Assembly (NCBI GenBank): GCA_900546745.1
Contig: URDT01000001.1
Span: 5,799 to 69,798, forward strand
Length of the DNA stretch: 64,000 bases
Reading direction: 5' to 3'
DNA from: an uncultured Mycoplasmatota bacterium
GTDB taxonomy: Bacteria > Bacillota_I > Bacilli_A > RF39 > UBA660
Shown here: positions 55,628-64,000 of the stretch, in pieces
Layout: each line of letters begins with the position of its first letter
Numbering within the stretch: position 1 is the first letter of the stretch
Made by a program: the position numbers and the translations under genes
The notes under the pieces: model-generated
Database searches by the model: none
What the model saw: only the letters and a program-made list of their open reading frames with translations
What the model was told of the DNA's origin: nothing

Positions 55628-56297
55628 AACAGAAGAGCATATACAAAAGATAAAAGAATCTAACCGTGAAAATAGAGAAAAAAAGATACAAGAACAGGAA
55701 CAACTTGTAAATCAAATCAGAGAAGAAACAAAAGATTTATTATTACCAAATATTAGAAGTAAAATGGAAACCGTGGCAGAAGTCATCAATGAAAAAGTTT
55801 CACAAAATAATGGGTTAACAGTATCACAAATATTGCCTTTAATAACAAAAAGAAGTGTATCAGATATAGCAACTATCCAAAATAAATCGTATACATCTTA
55901 CGAATTAGGTGAAGCACTAAACATTTATATGGACATGGTAGCAAAAATAAATACAATATGTAAGTTTCCACCATCAAAAGGTACTTTTTGTGCTTTGCTA
56001 GGTATATCAAGAAAGACATATGACAATTATATGGTAGATCCAGATAAAATGGATATAATGGGAATAATTGACGATTATATTACTACATCTGTATTAACAT
56101 CAGCACAACTAGGAGAATTAAGAGAAATATCTAGTATGTTTACATTAAAATCACAACATGGGTTTGTTGAAGCTTCAGCACCTGTTGTAATTGAACATAA
56201 GAAAGAAACAAACATAGATGATATAAATAGACAATTAGAAGCACTAAAAAGAGATAATGTTATAGATGCAGAATTCGAAGAGGTGGAAAAAGATTGA
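55605..56297 (+). CDS. terS: Terminase small subunit
   Basis: N-terminal basic/coiled region and HTH-like ALLGISRKTYDNY. Its 3' end overlaps a terL-like start, the typical terS/terL arrangement. Confidence 0.55.
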   Translation: MATGKKIKTEEHIQKIKESNRENREKKIQEQEQLVNQIREETKDLLLPNIRSKMETVAEVINEKVSQNNGLTVSQILPLITKRSVSDIATIQNKSYTSYELGEALNIYMDMVAKINTICKFPPSKGTFCALLGISRKTYDNYMVDPDKMDIMGIIDDYITTSVLTSAQLGELREISSMFTLKSQHGFVEASAPVVIEHKKETNIDDINRQLEALKRDNVIDAEFEEVEKD

Positions 56298-56361
56298 CTG
56301 GAAAAAGTTTTTTGACCGTGGAGTTGGAAAAAGTTTTGCGACTTCGTCCGTGGGTAAATAG
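56266..56361 (+). pseudogene. terL: Terminase large subunit, 5' stub (31 codons then TAG)
   Basis: The +1 frame overlapping the terS 3' end reads MQNSKRWKKIDWKKFFDRGVGKSFATSSVGK*. This matches the TerL N-terminal Walker-A region (GGRGSGKS-like) and no further terL sequence follows. Confidence 0.5.
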
Positions 56362-56634
56362 GTGTGTTTTCATGCATCTTTTTATTATATTTTATTGAAT
56401 AATATGACTTTATTTTATTGGCTTATTTGCTTGATAAATACTAAATTAATACAATTGTACTATAATTCAAAACATTGCTTAAAACGGCTAAAAATAGGTA
56501 AATATGGGGCATTAAAACAATAAAAATAATACTATTCCTGTATAAATAATTAATAAAAAAATAGTCTTTTTAATTTGACTATTTTTGTTTTTTTGCAAAA
56601 TCACACAAGCCACACCACATAGCTAGTAATATTA

Positions 56635-57315
56635 TTAAAATTGTTCCCATTCGGTTGAATCCTCCTTTATTCTTTTTAATATTTCTTGATAATCTTTAGT
56701 GTTATATTTGATATAACATTTTTTTAAATCATTTTTAAAAGATTTTACGGGGTAATTAGTCCACATGGTCGCTTTTGTTTGCCCTATATGTTCATTTATC
56801 ATCTTTTCAATCGTTTTTATAAAATTTTCTTTAGTATTATATTGTCCTTTTGGTTTTCCTAATTTTGTACCTTTTGTTTTAACTGCTTTCAAGCCTTCTT
56901 TTGTTCTTTCACTTATTAAATCTCTTTCAAATTGTCCAAGAACTGAGAATATCCCCAATAATAAGTTTGTGTTTGCGTCTGGTTTTTCTCCAGCTTGTAG
57001 GTAAAAATTTTCTTTTAATATAATTACATTTATTTGTTTTTTTTGTATAAATTCGGTTATAAGGTCAAGTGTTTTAATAACGCCGCCACGAGACAAACGT
57101 GAAAGGCTTTCACACACTAATGTGTCGCCTTTTTCCATTTTTTTAATTAGTTTGTCAAATTCGGGGCGTTTTGTTTTTGTTCCCGTGAATGTTTCTTCTA
57201 TATATTCACAATTAACACCGTTTAAATAGCCTTTATCTTTAAATATTTGAATTTGTCTGTCATATTCTTGTTTGTCAGTACTGATTCTTATATAACAATA
57301 TGTTTTATTATTCAT
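56635..57315 (-). CDS. Small serine recombinase (resolvase/invertase-type catalytic domain)
   Basis: N-terminal YCYIRISTDKQ (catalytic Ser), ...SLSRLSRG..., and E-helix ...GQFERDLISERTKEGL. The C-terminal ~80 aa carry no recognisable HTH. Confidence 0.8.
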   Translation of the reverse strand: MNNKTYCYIRISTDKQEYDRQIQIFKDKGYLNGVNCEYIEETFTGTKTKRPEFDKLIKKMEKGDTLVCESLSRLSRGGVIKTLDLITEFIQKKQINVIILKENFYLQAGEKPDANTNLLLGIFSVLGQFERDLISERTKEGLKAVKTKGTKLGKPKGQYNTKENFIKTIEKMINEHIGQTKATMWTNYPVKSFKNDLKKCYIKYNTKDYQEILKRIKEDSTEWEQF

Positions 57316-57565
57316 AATTTTTTAACACCTCCATTTTTTCACTTTTTAAGTATTCAATAATTTCATTTATTATTTTATCACATTCTTTTATATTTTCGTT
57401 ATCGTTTAGTAATTCTTCATATGCAACACTTTCCAAATAGTCCCATTCTTTATATTTTTTACTGTTTCTATGCGGTTTATTTCTACATAGTATATTATAA
57501 AAATCTTCTAAAGTATTATTTTCTTTTAATTCTTCCCAGTCAATCATTTTTATACCTCCACACAT
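57308..57565 (-). CDS. Hypothetical protein
   Basis: ORF only. Overlaps the recombinase start. Confidence 0.3.
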   Translation of the reverse strand: MCGGIKMIDWEELKENNTLEDFYNILCRNKPHRNSKKYKEWDYLESVAYEELLNDNENIKECDKIINEIIEYLKSEKMEVLKNYE

Positions 57566-57789
57566 TCATTTAATAAATTTAAAATATAATCATTTCTAGT
57601 GTTTATGTAATCATTAATACTTTCAATTAATGGCTTATTGCTATTATCATAATTTAAGTAATCCTTATATATTGAAAATATTTTTATATAATATATATCT
57701 AATAATATATTTTTATTTTTTAAGTATTTATCATACAATATTATAGATAAATAAAATAAGTATTCGCTATCAAAATTTTTATTGTTCAT
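57550..57789 (-). CDS. Hypothetical protein
   Basis: ORF only. Confidence 0.3.
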   Translation of the reverse strand: MNNKNFDSEYLFYLSIILYDKYLKNKNILLDIYYIKIFSIYKDYLNYDNSNKPLIESINDYINTRNDYILNLLNECVEV

Positions 57790-57965
57790 ATTTTTACACC
57801 TCTTTACTTCCTAAGTATGCCTTTAACTTTGGATCGTATTCTTTTAATGCATTTAAACATTGCTTATAATTGTTATAATATATTTGATATTTTTCTTTAT
57901 AGTAATTTAATCTATAAAAAAGTAGGGGAGTTATTAATAATAATATAATTGTTATATATTCCATA

Positions 57966-58397
57966 TTAAGCCTCCATACAACTTATATAATTATTATTTC
58001 CAATAACTATATGGTCTAAAAATTTAATATCTAATAAATTACTAGCCTGTTTTAAAATATTTGTTATTTTGTAATCTTCCTTACTTGGGGTAGGGTCACC
58101 ACTTGGGTGATTATGTACCATTATAAATGCACTAGCATTGCTTAATAATATTGTTTTAAATATTGTCTTAGGATCAATCATTGATGCATTAATAGTACCT
58201 TTAGCAATTAAAGAATAATCTACAGGCATATTTTTATTATCTAAACATATTATAAAAGTATTTTCTACATCTAAATTTTTAATATCTTCTATATTATCAA
58301 TTAATTTTACAATATCAGTTTCATTTTTTATGCTGTTTTTATTATATGGTACTGATTTTTCTCTTATTATTCTTATTGATGTCTTATATATTTTCAT
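57966..58397 (-). CDS. radC: RadC-like JAB/MPN-domain protein
   Basis: HNHPSGDPTPSKEDYKIT...LDHIVIG is the RadC/JAB signature. Confidence 0.8.
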   Translation of the reverse strand: MKIYKTSIRIIREKSVPYNKNSIKNETDIVKLIDNIEDIKNLDVENTFIICLDNKNMPVDYSLIAKGTINASMIDPKTIFKTILLSNASAFIMVHNHPSGDPTPSKEDYKITNILKQASNLLDIKFLDHIVIGNNNYISCMEA

Positions 58398-58408
58398 ATT
58401 AACACCCT

Positions 58409-58813
58409 TTAAAACCTTTCTATATATTCAATATTTGTATATTGATTTTTTGATATGCTATTCACTAATTTTAAAATTGTTTTTTTTGTATAAATATTAC
58501 TCTTGTTATAGTTTCCCTTGTTTAATTGTTTATCAAGGTCTAGTAAACCCCAGCAGCAACCATCTTTGTCTTTATAATATGTTTGAAACCAACAACCAAA
58601 ATTGTCAACATATTTATAGTCATTTTTATTACGTTGATATCTTGCACCGTGTCCAATTTCTAAAGTGTCCAATTTTTCGCCACTTTTTAATTCAACATTA
58701 TATGCATAATATCTATAGTTATTTAAATCGCTAATCTTTGTTATATCATCACCAACAAAGAAATCACATCCCATTTTTTCTAGATATAAAGTATTTTTAT
58801 TTAATTTTTTCAT
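58409..58813 (-). CDS. Hypothetical protein
   Basis: RBS ggtga. Co-oriented with radC and ssb. Confidence 0.35.
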   Translation of the reverse strand: MKKLNKNTLYLEKMGCDFFVGDDITKISDLNNYRYYAYNVELKSGEKLDTLEIGHGARYQRNKNDYKYVDNFGCWFQTYYKDKDGCCWGLLDLDKQLNKGNYNKSNIYTKKTILKLVNSISKNQYTNIEYIERF

Positions 58814-58840
58814 ATAATCACCATAGATAGGGAAGAGGTT

Positions 58841-59164
58841 TTATTCCTCTTCAGTTTCCTTTCTATTTGATAAGAATGTAACTTTTTCAGCTACTATTTC
58901 TATTATATTTTTGTCTTCTTCTTGTTTTGCTTGTACTCTTCCTTTTACACCGATAACATCACCTTTTTTGCAATATTCTGCAGTGTTTTCAGCAATGCCT
59001 TTATACAATAAACAAGGTATAAAATCAGTTTCATAAATTCCATCGGCATTTTTCCAGCTTCTTGATACTGCTAAAGTTATATAACTTGTTTTTACTCCAT
59101 TTTCTAGTTCTTTTATTTCAGGGTCTTGAACTAATCGGCCAACTAATACTATTTGATTTAACAT
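58841..59164 (-). CDS. ssb: Single-stranded DNA-binding protein (second, shorter copy)
   Basis: MLNQIVLVGRLVQDPEIKELENGVKTSYITLAVSRSW is an OB-fold SSB N-terminus, with an acidic C-terminus EEE. Confidence 0.7.
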   Translation of the reverse strand: MLNQIVLVGRLVQDPEIKELENGVKTSYITLAVSRSWKNADGIYETDFIPCLLYKGIAENTAEYCKKGDVIGVKGRVQAKQEEDKNIIEIVAEKVTFLSNRKETEEE

Positions 59165-59254
59165 TTTTTCATTCCTCCCATTATGTCACTATTGACATTT
59201 TTATTTTTTAAATATATAATGAGAGACGAGGAAAGGGAACCACCTTTTCTTAAA

Positions 59255-59458
59255 CTAATCTATGAATAAATATTCGTAGACTAATTTTTTAATTTGAGTT
59301 ATCTTATTGACTTTGTGAGGGTTAAAGATAACTCTTTTTATTTTATTTATTAACTTTCTAAAATCTTTTACAAATATTATGTTAATTATAAATGTTATTA
59401 ATATAGTAATAGTTATAAATATTACTAAATCGTGAAATGCTTGTAACATATAAACCAC
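59255..59458 (-). CDS. Hypothetical small membrane protein
   Basis: ORF with one TM. Confidence 0.3.
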   Translation of the reverse strand: MVYMLQAFHDLVIFITITILITFIINIIFVKDFRKLINKIKRVIFNPHKVNKITQIKKLVYEYLFID

Positions 59459-59579
59459 TTTCGATCAACTCCTTTTTTTATATGTTCCCATTTCCTTATC
59501 TCTATAAACATTATAGCATTTTTACTATATAATGTCAATACTTTTACACCAATTTTGGCATTGAATTTCAGCATAAAAG

Positions 59580-59815
59580 TTGGGGTATTATTATATTAAT
59601 GCTATATATATTTATATATATTATACTGTTATTTATATATTTATTTGGTGTATATTTTATATATTTACATAGTTAGTATTATTGTATTATAAATGCATTT
59701 CGGCGGTGTGATACTGTATTATTGATATATTATTGTATATATATTTATATATTTATATTACTATTGTTATAGTTATTATTATTATTTAAATTATTTAAAT
59801 TATTTAAATTGTAAC
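59580..59815. repeat. AT-rich iteron-like repeats, including a 3x tandem attatttaa
   Basis: tatatatttatatat-like units recur near 59605, 59655 and 59735. (attatttaa)x3 at 59783-59809. Confidence 0.55.
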
Positions 59816-59850
59816 AGAAGTTTATCTTTCTCTTTAATTCTAAAAAATAT

Positions 59851-59897
59851 ATAATTATTTAACACTATATTATTATTTTATAGTGTTAAATAATTAT
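59851..59897. repeat. Perfect 19-bp inverted repeat with 9-bp spacer
   Basis: ataattatttaacactata - ttattattt - tatagtgttaaataattat. Confidence 0.7.
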
Positions 59898-60440
59898 AAT
59901 TTAATCTATTAATTAATATATTAAATGGTGGTTAATTTAACCCTTATAAATCAACGATTTTTTAGTGTAATAACGAACGTTAGCACCCCAACCCTATTTT
60001 TTAGGAGTACCCAGGGAGCTTTTTTACTCTCAAAATTCTATAAAAAATAACAAAAGAATCCATATATATAATTCTTTTTAAAAATATTCAGTAAAAATAT
60101 ATATTTATTAATTTATATAAGAAATAATCAAGTAAAATTGGTTATTTTTTTATTTTATTATCAAAGTTCATTAAAAGTTCAGTAGATAAAGTGATATTTT
60201 ATGATTGAAGAATAATTACGCATTTATAACGCTACATCTTACAGAATGATAGCTATAAATACTAATATTAAAGGTGATATTACTGATAGAGTAGCAATTC
60301 CTATTAAAAATATGCTGTTAGGCCTTATAAATCAAGGCTAAAATGACTAATTCTCAAAGTTCATAAATGACCCTGTTACCACATAAAAAAGGGGTTCATT
60401 AATGGACTATTATCAGTAATTATTAATGAAAGGATAAATT

Positions 60441-60641
60441 ATGGAATATGGATATAATTTATATGAATTAATAAATCTTATTTCAAATGAGAAAGATCAA
60501 ATGCAAAGAGAAAGATACATTGATGAATTAGTAAGAAAAATATATCCATCAGTTATAAATAAAGATTTATATACAAATGTATTATCTTATATGCCGTATG
60601 AGGAAATAAAAATCAAAGAAAAAAGGAAGGAGAAAAAATGA
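60441..60641 (+). CDS. Hypothetical small protein
   Basis: ORF only. Confidence 0.3.
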   Translation: MEYGYNLYELINLISNEKDQMQRERYIDELVRKIYPSVINKDLYTNVLSYMPYEEIKIKEKRKEKK

Positions 60642-60805
60642 GAGGAGAATACTTAAAAATAGAAACTGTTAAAAAATTAAGAAAATTGGAAATGAAAGTT
60701 GATGATTTAGCAAAAAGAATAATTAAAGCAAAAAATAAATTAGCCAAGCCAATTATGACTGATGAAGAAAAAGAACTATATGAAATATTGGAGGGTAACC
60801 ATGAC
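60638..60805 (+). CDS. Hypothetical small coiled-coil protein
   Basis: 55-aa ORF (MRGEYLKIETVKKLRKLEM...) overlapping the MTase start with ATGA. Confidence 0.3.
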
Positions 60806-61310
60806 TAAAACATATTCAGAAATATCACATAATATAAAACATCGCGAAAATTCTAAAGATGAATTTTACACGCCTGTCAATTTAGCAAAATATACAATTT
60901 CAATGCTTGATTTAAAACCAAAAGATATTGTGTTAGATTCAGCTTTTGGCACTGGAAATTATTATAACAATTATCCGAGCTGGACGACTAACAAATATAC
61001 AACTGATTTCTTTAATTTTAATGAAAAAGTTGATTGGATAGTAACTAATCCACCTTATTCCAAAATTGATGACTATTTAAAGCATAGCGCTGAAATATGT
61101 GAAAAAGGTTTTGCTTATTTATTAGGTCATGATAATGTTACAGCAAGAAGAATTGAATATCTTGAAAAAATGGGATTCTATATTACAAAATTTCATTTAT
61201 GTAAGGTTATGAAATGGTTCGGAATGAGTGTGTTTGTTGTCTGGGAAAAGAAAACGCCAGATTTTAAGGGAATAATTGACTATGACAGAAACGTTTGGAA
61301 AATGGACTAA
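60801..61310 (+). CDS. Small N6-adenine DNA methyltransferase (orphan)
   Basis: Motif I DSAFGTGNY and motif IV TNPPY. RBS ggaggg before MTKTYSEISH. Confidence 0.6.
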   Translation: MTKTYSEISHNIKHRENSKDEFYTPVNLAKYTISMLDLKPKDIVLDSAFGTGNYYNNYPSWTTNKYTTDFFNFNEKVDWIVTNPPYSKIDDYLKHSAEICEKGFAYLLGHDNVTARRIEYLEKMGFYITKFHLCKVMKWFGMSVFVVWEKKTPDFKGIIDYDRNVWKMD

Positions 61311-61404
61311 AGATCACAACATATAGGATTTGTTTTAGTCAAATTAAAAGAAGGTATAATAACGTGAATTTTAAATAGCTTACGTAAAAAAAGAAGATTT
61401 TAAT

Positions 61405-61677
61405 TTAATCTTCTTTGTAATACGAATCTTTAAAAAATGTTTTATGTATATTTTTAATATTTTTTTTAAAAACCTTTTCAAAATCGTCTTTATTAGGCAA
61501 TTCAATACTTCTTGTTTCTATTGCAGATAATCCTTCTTCCATACTATCATATTTGTAAATTACCATGCAGATATTATCTTCATTAATATAATACTTTACT
61601 ACACCTTTAATGACATATTGGAATTTAGTATCAAAAAATAATACACAATTATAATCTCTCATAAACAAAACCTCCAA
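61405..61677 (-). CDS. Hypothetical protein
   Basis: ORF only. Confidence 0.3.
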   Translation of the reverse strand: MEVLFMRDYNCVLFFDTKFQYVIKGVVKYYINEDNICMVIYKYDSMEEGLSAIETRSIELPNKDDFEKVFKKNIKNIHKTFFKDSYYKED

Positions 61678-61740
61678 ATTTGATAGCTAGTATATCACAT
61701 ATTTAAAATCTAGACAATGTAAGAAAGGAGAAGTAAGAAT

Positions 61741-62028
61741 ATGAATAATGAAAAGATATTATATTATTTAGGAATATTAGAAAACGGAGCATTAAATTAT
61801 TATCAAACAGTAGAAACAATAAGAATAGCAAGTCAAAGCATTCAAAATTATATAGAACAATTAGAACAACAATGTAAAAAGCAAAAAGAAGTTATTGATA
61901 AGGCAATAGAAACTTTAGAAAAAGGGATTACATTTTGTGAAAATGATAGTCAAGGAATTTACGATAAATGCAATATAGCAATAAATAGAGAAAAGAAAGT
62001 TTTAGATATATTAAAAGAGGTGTCATAA
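61741..62028 (+). CDS. Hypothetical coiled-coil protein
   Basis: ORF only. Confidence 0.3.
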   Translation: MNNEKILYYLGILENGALNYYQTVETIRIASQSIQNYIEQLEQQCKKQKEVIDKAIETLEKGITFCENDSQGIYDKCNIAINREKKVLDILKEVS

Positions 62029-62309
62029 TGAATATTTATTATGATGTAGAAGATAATCATTATAGAACATATCCTGATGGGGATATAGCAAGTATAGACC
62101 AAATGAGAGAATTAATTGAAAATAAAAATTTGTCTATTGTAAAATTACAACAAGAAAATAAACAACTAAAAGATAATTGGAATAAGTTAAAAGTATATAT
62201 CAAAACTGAAATACCAGAAGATGTGTTTATAGATACCGAATGGTTTGTTTCGATTTTAGATAAAATGCAAGAACTAGAACAAGGAAGTGATAGCAATGAA
62301 AACAATTAA
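62028..62309 (+). CDS. Hypothetical protein
   Basis: ORF only. Start and stop overlap neighbours. Confidence 0.3.
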   Translation: MNIYYDVEDNHYRTYPDGDIASIDQMRELIENKNLSIVKLQQENKQLKDNWNKLKVYIKTEIPEDVFIDTEWFVSILDKMQELEQGSDSNENN

Positions 62310-62523
62310 AATTAATGATAATGAAGTAACATTTTTTATAGATTATGTAAGAGTTCCTAGAAAAGCAAATCATAATTATAGCAACGCTGAATTTGATTAT
62401 AATTGTGATTTAAGCATAGTTACTAAAAAGGAATTATCAGATTATGAAAGAGAAGTTGTAGCGAGATGTATAAGAAATATAATTAATGGTTTTGATTTAG
62501 AGAAAGTAGAGAGTGATGAGTAA
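62287..62523 (+). CDS. Hypothetical protein
   Basis: ORF only. Confidence 0.3.
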   Translation: MIAMKTIKINDNEVTFFIDYVRVPRKANHNYSNAEFDYNCDLSIVTKKELSDYEREVVARCIRNIINGFDLEKVESDE

Positions 62524-62880
62524 ATGTTAACATTACCAATTAAGAAAAAATGGTTTGACATGATTCTTTCTTGTGAAAAGAAAGAAGAATATAGAGAAAT
62601 CAAACCTTATTGGACTAAAAGACTTTTAACAACTGATATAGATATAGATTTAGAAAGATTAAAAGACCAATTACGAAAAGAAAATAGTTTTTTAAATAAA
62701 ACTGTAATATTTAGAAATGGATATAGAAAAGATAGTCCAAAAATAAGATGTTTAGTTAGCATAAATATTAAACAAGGTAAACCAGAATGGGGAGCAGAAC
62801 CTAGCAAGATGTATTATGTATTAAAAATATTAAGTGTTGAGGAGGTAAAAAATGAAATTAGAAGTCGGACAATTTGTTAG
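62524..62880 (+). CDS. ASCH/PUA-like domain protein
   Basis: MLTLPIKKKWFDMILSCEKKEEYREIKPYWTKRL matches the ASCH N-terminal pattern. Confidence 0.45.
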   Translation: MLTLPIKKKWFDMILSCEKKEEYREIKPYWTKRLLTTDIDIDLERLKDQLRKENSFLNKTVIFRNGYRKDSPKIRCLVSINIKQGKPEWGAEPSKMYYVLKILSVEEVKNEIRSRTIC

Positions 62881-63235
62881 ATTTAAAGACAAAAGAGGTA
62901 TTGAATATATTAGAAAAATTATTGAAATACCAGAAGATAATAGATATGCAAGTTTATATTTAGATAAAGAAGCTAATTACTCACATGGATTAAGTCCTAA
63001 AAATGTAATTAAAGGAAGGTTTAATATCATTGATTTAATTAAAGTAGGAGATTATGTTAATGGTTCAAAAGTTATTAAAATAGAAAATGTAGAAAACTAT
63101 CCTGATTTATCAAGCGTAAAAATAGAAAAAAGTGATTTTAGATATGGTGTATATGAAACTATATTTGAAAAAGATATTAAAACAGTCATCACACACGAGC
63201 AAATGGAACAAATGGCGTATAAGGTGGGTGAGTAA
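62852..63235 (+). CDS. Hypothetical protein
   Basis: ORF only. Confidence 0.3.
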   Translation: MKLEVGQFVRFKDKRGIEYIRKIIEIPEDNRYASLYLDKEANYSHGLSPKNVIKGRFNIIDLIKVGDYVNGSKVIKIENVENYPDLSSVKIEKSDFRYGVYETIFEKDIKTVITHEQMEQMAYKVGE

Positions 63236-63429
63236 TGTTGAATAAGATTATTGATAGTGAATATTTTGAATTTATCATATTTATATTATTTATAAGCATT
63301 ATTTTGTTATTATCTAAAGGTTGTTCTATTATTGAAAGAAAAAATTGTGAAAAACAACAAGGGACTTATATTCAAAATTATTTTGGATCAGGAGCAAATA
63401 AATGTATTTTTAATGGAGTTAAAAAATAA
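63235..63429 (+). CDS. Hypothetical small membrane protein
   Basis: ORF with a TM segment. Confidence 0.25.
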   Translation: MLNKIIDSEYFEFIIFILFISIILLLSKGCSIIERKNCEKQQGTYIQNYFGSGANKCIFNGVKK

Positions 63430-63431
63430 TA

Positions 63432-63926
63432 ATGACCAAGTCATATCTAGTTGACGAATATGGTGTTGTTTTAGAAGAAATAGATGATTCCAGTACATTA
63501 GTATCTCTTAAAGAGGGCGATAGAATTCTTCGCAAAGGTACGTTGGAATATCTAAATGGTACTACCGATATAAAATATCATTTTATCAAAATCAATCCTA
63601 AAATATTTGATAAATATTGTAAAAAATATTCAATACTTCCTTATCTAACTTGCCATATTGGTTATATGGACAATATATGTTGTTATGACAATGGCAAAAT
63701 CATTCGATTGAAAGATTTATCAAAAGTATGTGAAGTGAGTGAAACTACTATAAAAAGACAATTAAAAGGCTTGATAGCAGATGATATTATTCATAAAGTA
63801 CCATATAAGAAAAATCAAAAATGTTTAATGATAAATCCATATCTTGCTATGAGAGGTAAAAGAATATATTTATCAACTTATAATGAATTTAAATTATCGG
63901 CTTTGAGAAGTGAGGTGGAAGAATGA
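63432..63926 (+). CDS. Putative HTH DNA-binding protein
   Basis: ...KVCEVSETTIKRQLKGLIADDII is HTH-like. Confidence 0.35.
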   Translation: MTKSYLVDEYGVVLEEIDDSSTLVSLKEGDRILRKGTLEYLNGTTDIKYHFIKINPKIFDKYCKKYSILPYLTCHIGYMDNICCYDNGKIIRLKDLSKVCEVSETTIKRQLKGLIADDIIHKVPYKKNQKCLMINPYLAMRGKRIYLSTYNEFKLSALRSEVEE

Positions 63927-64000
63927 AATTATTTAGTAAAAAAAATGAATTAGTCGTAAGAAATAGCGAAATTCAACCAATACAAGTTAGAGATTTAAAA

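Larger units (their letters stand above)
41785..56361. mobile_element. Prophage (lysogeny and early region) integrated at the 3' end of ssrA, ending in a truncated terL
   Basis: A tyrosine integrase abuts the tmRNA 3' end. Gene order is cI/cro, replication, recombination, ssb, rusA, terS, then a terL stub. No structural genes follow. Confidence 0.75.

Noticed and set aside
56297-56361. Direct repeats ggaaaaagtttt (x2-3) as a pac or res site
   Set aside because: They fall inside the reading frame of the terL stub (encoding WKKF/GKSF), so they are more simply explained as coding sequence.
41785-56400. Phage-inducible chromosomal island (PICI/SaPI-like satellite): an ~14.5 kb int-to-terS element with no structural genes
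   Set aside because: The element has a full phage-type early region (DnaD-like and DnaB helicase, annealing protein and nuclease, ssb, rusA, tRNAs) rather than a PICI primase-rep module. The terL start is present but truncated. A truncated or interrupted prophage is more parsimonious.
58330-58734. Plus-strand 134-aa ORF
   Set aside because: It is antisense to 58409-58813, which has an RBS and is co-oriented with the surrounding minus-strand operon. Its composition (F/Y/L/I-rich) is typical of reverse-strand artefacts in AT-rich DNA.

Overview
The window is AT-rich DNA from a low-GC, spore-forming Firmicute read with the standard genetic code. The chromosomal backbone shows Bacillus-like gene order (dnaD-nth ... 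ponA-recU-gpsB-rnpB ... pgsA-recA-rny ... rnr-smpB-ssrA), plus pflBA, thiI and two tandem alpha/beta-type SASP genes. Three accessory regions interrupt it.

(1) About 9.7 kb (~13.2-22.9 kb) is inserted between nth and ponA. It carries a decayed large serine recombinase and a decayed P4-type primase, both broken by homopolymer frameshifts and in-frame TGA codons. It also carries an intact Type III R-M system (mod-res, preceded by an HTH gene) and an XRE-membrane gene with a TGA at the invariant HTH tryptophan.

(2) A prophage lysogeny and early region lies immediately 3' of ssrA (41.8-56.4 kb). It encodes a tyrosine integrase, a cI/cro-like switch, DnaD-like and DnaB-like replication genes, a Rad52-like annealing protein with a Cas4-like nuclease, two methyltransferases, SSB, RusA and terS. 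It also holds three phage-borne tRNAs (CAT, Gln-TTG, Leu-TAA) flanking a 1.2 kb ORF-free block of repeated structured motifs. The region ends in a 31-codon terL stub, so it is truncated or interrupted there.

(3) A different module occupies 56.4-64 kb. It has a small serine recombinase, RadC, a second SSB, an AT-rich iteron and inverted-repeat region, an orphan adenine methyltransferase and small phage-like genes.

Other items are a tRNA-Ala-linked antirepressor remnant, a small Cys-rich peptide with a consensus promoter, and several Rho-independent terminators. No CRISPR array was found.
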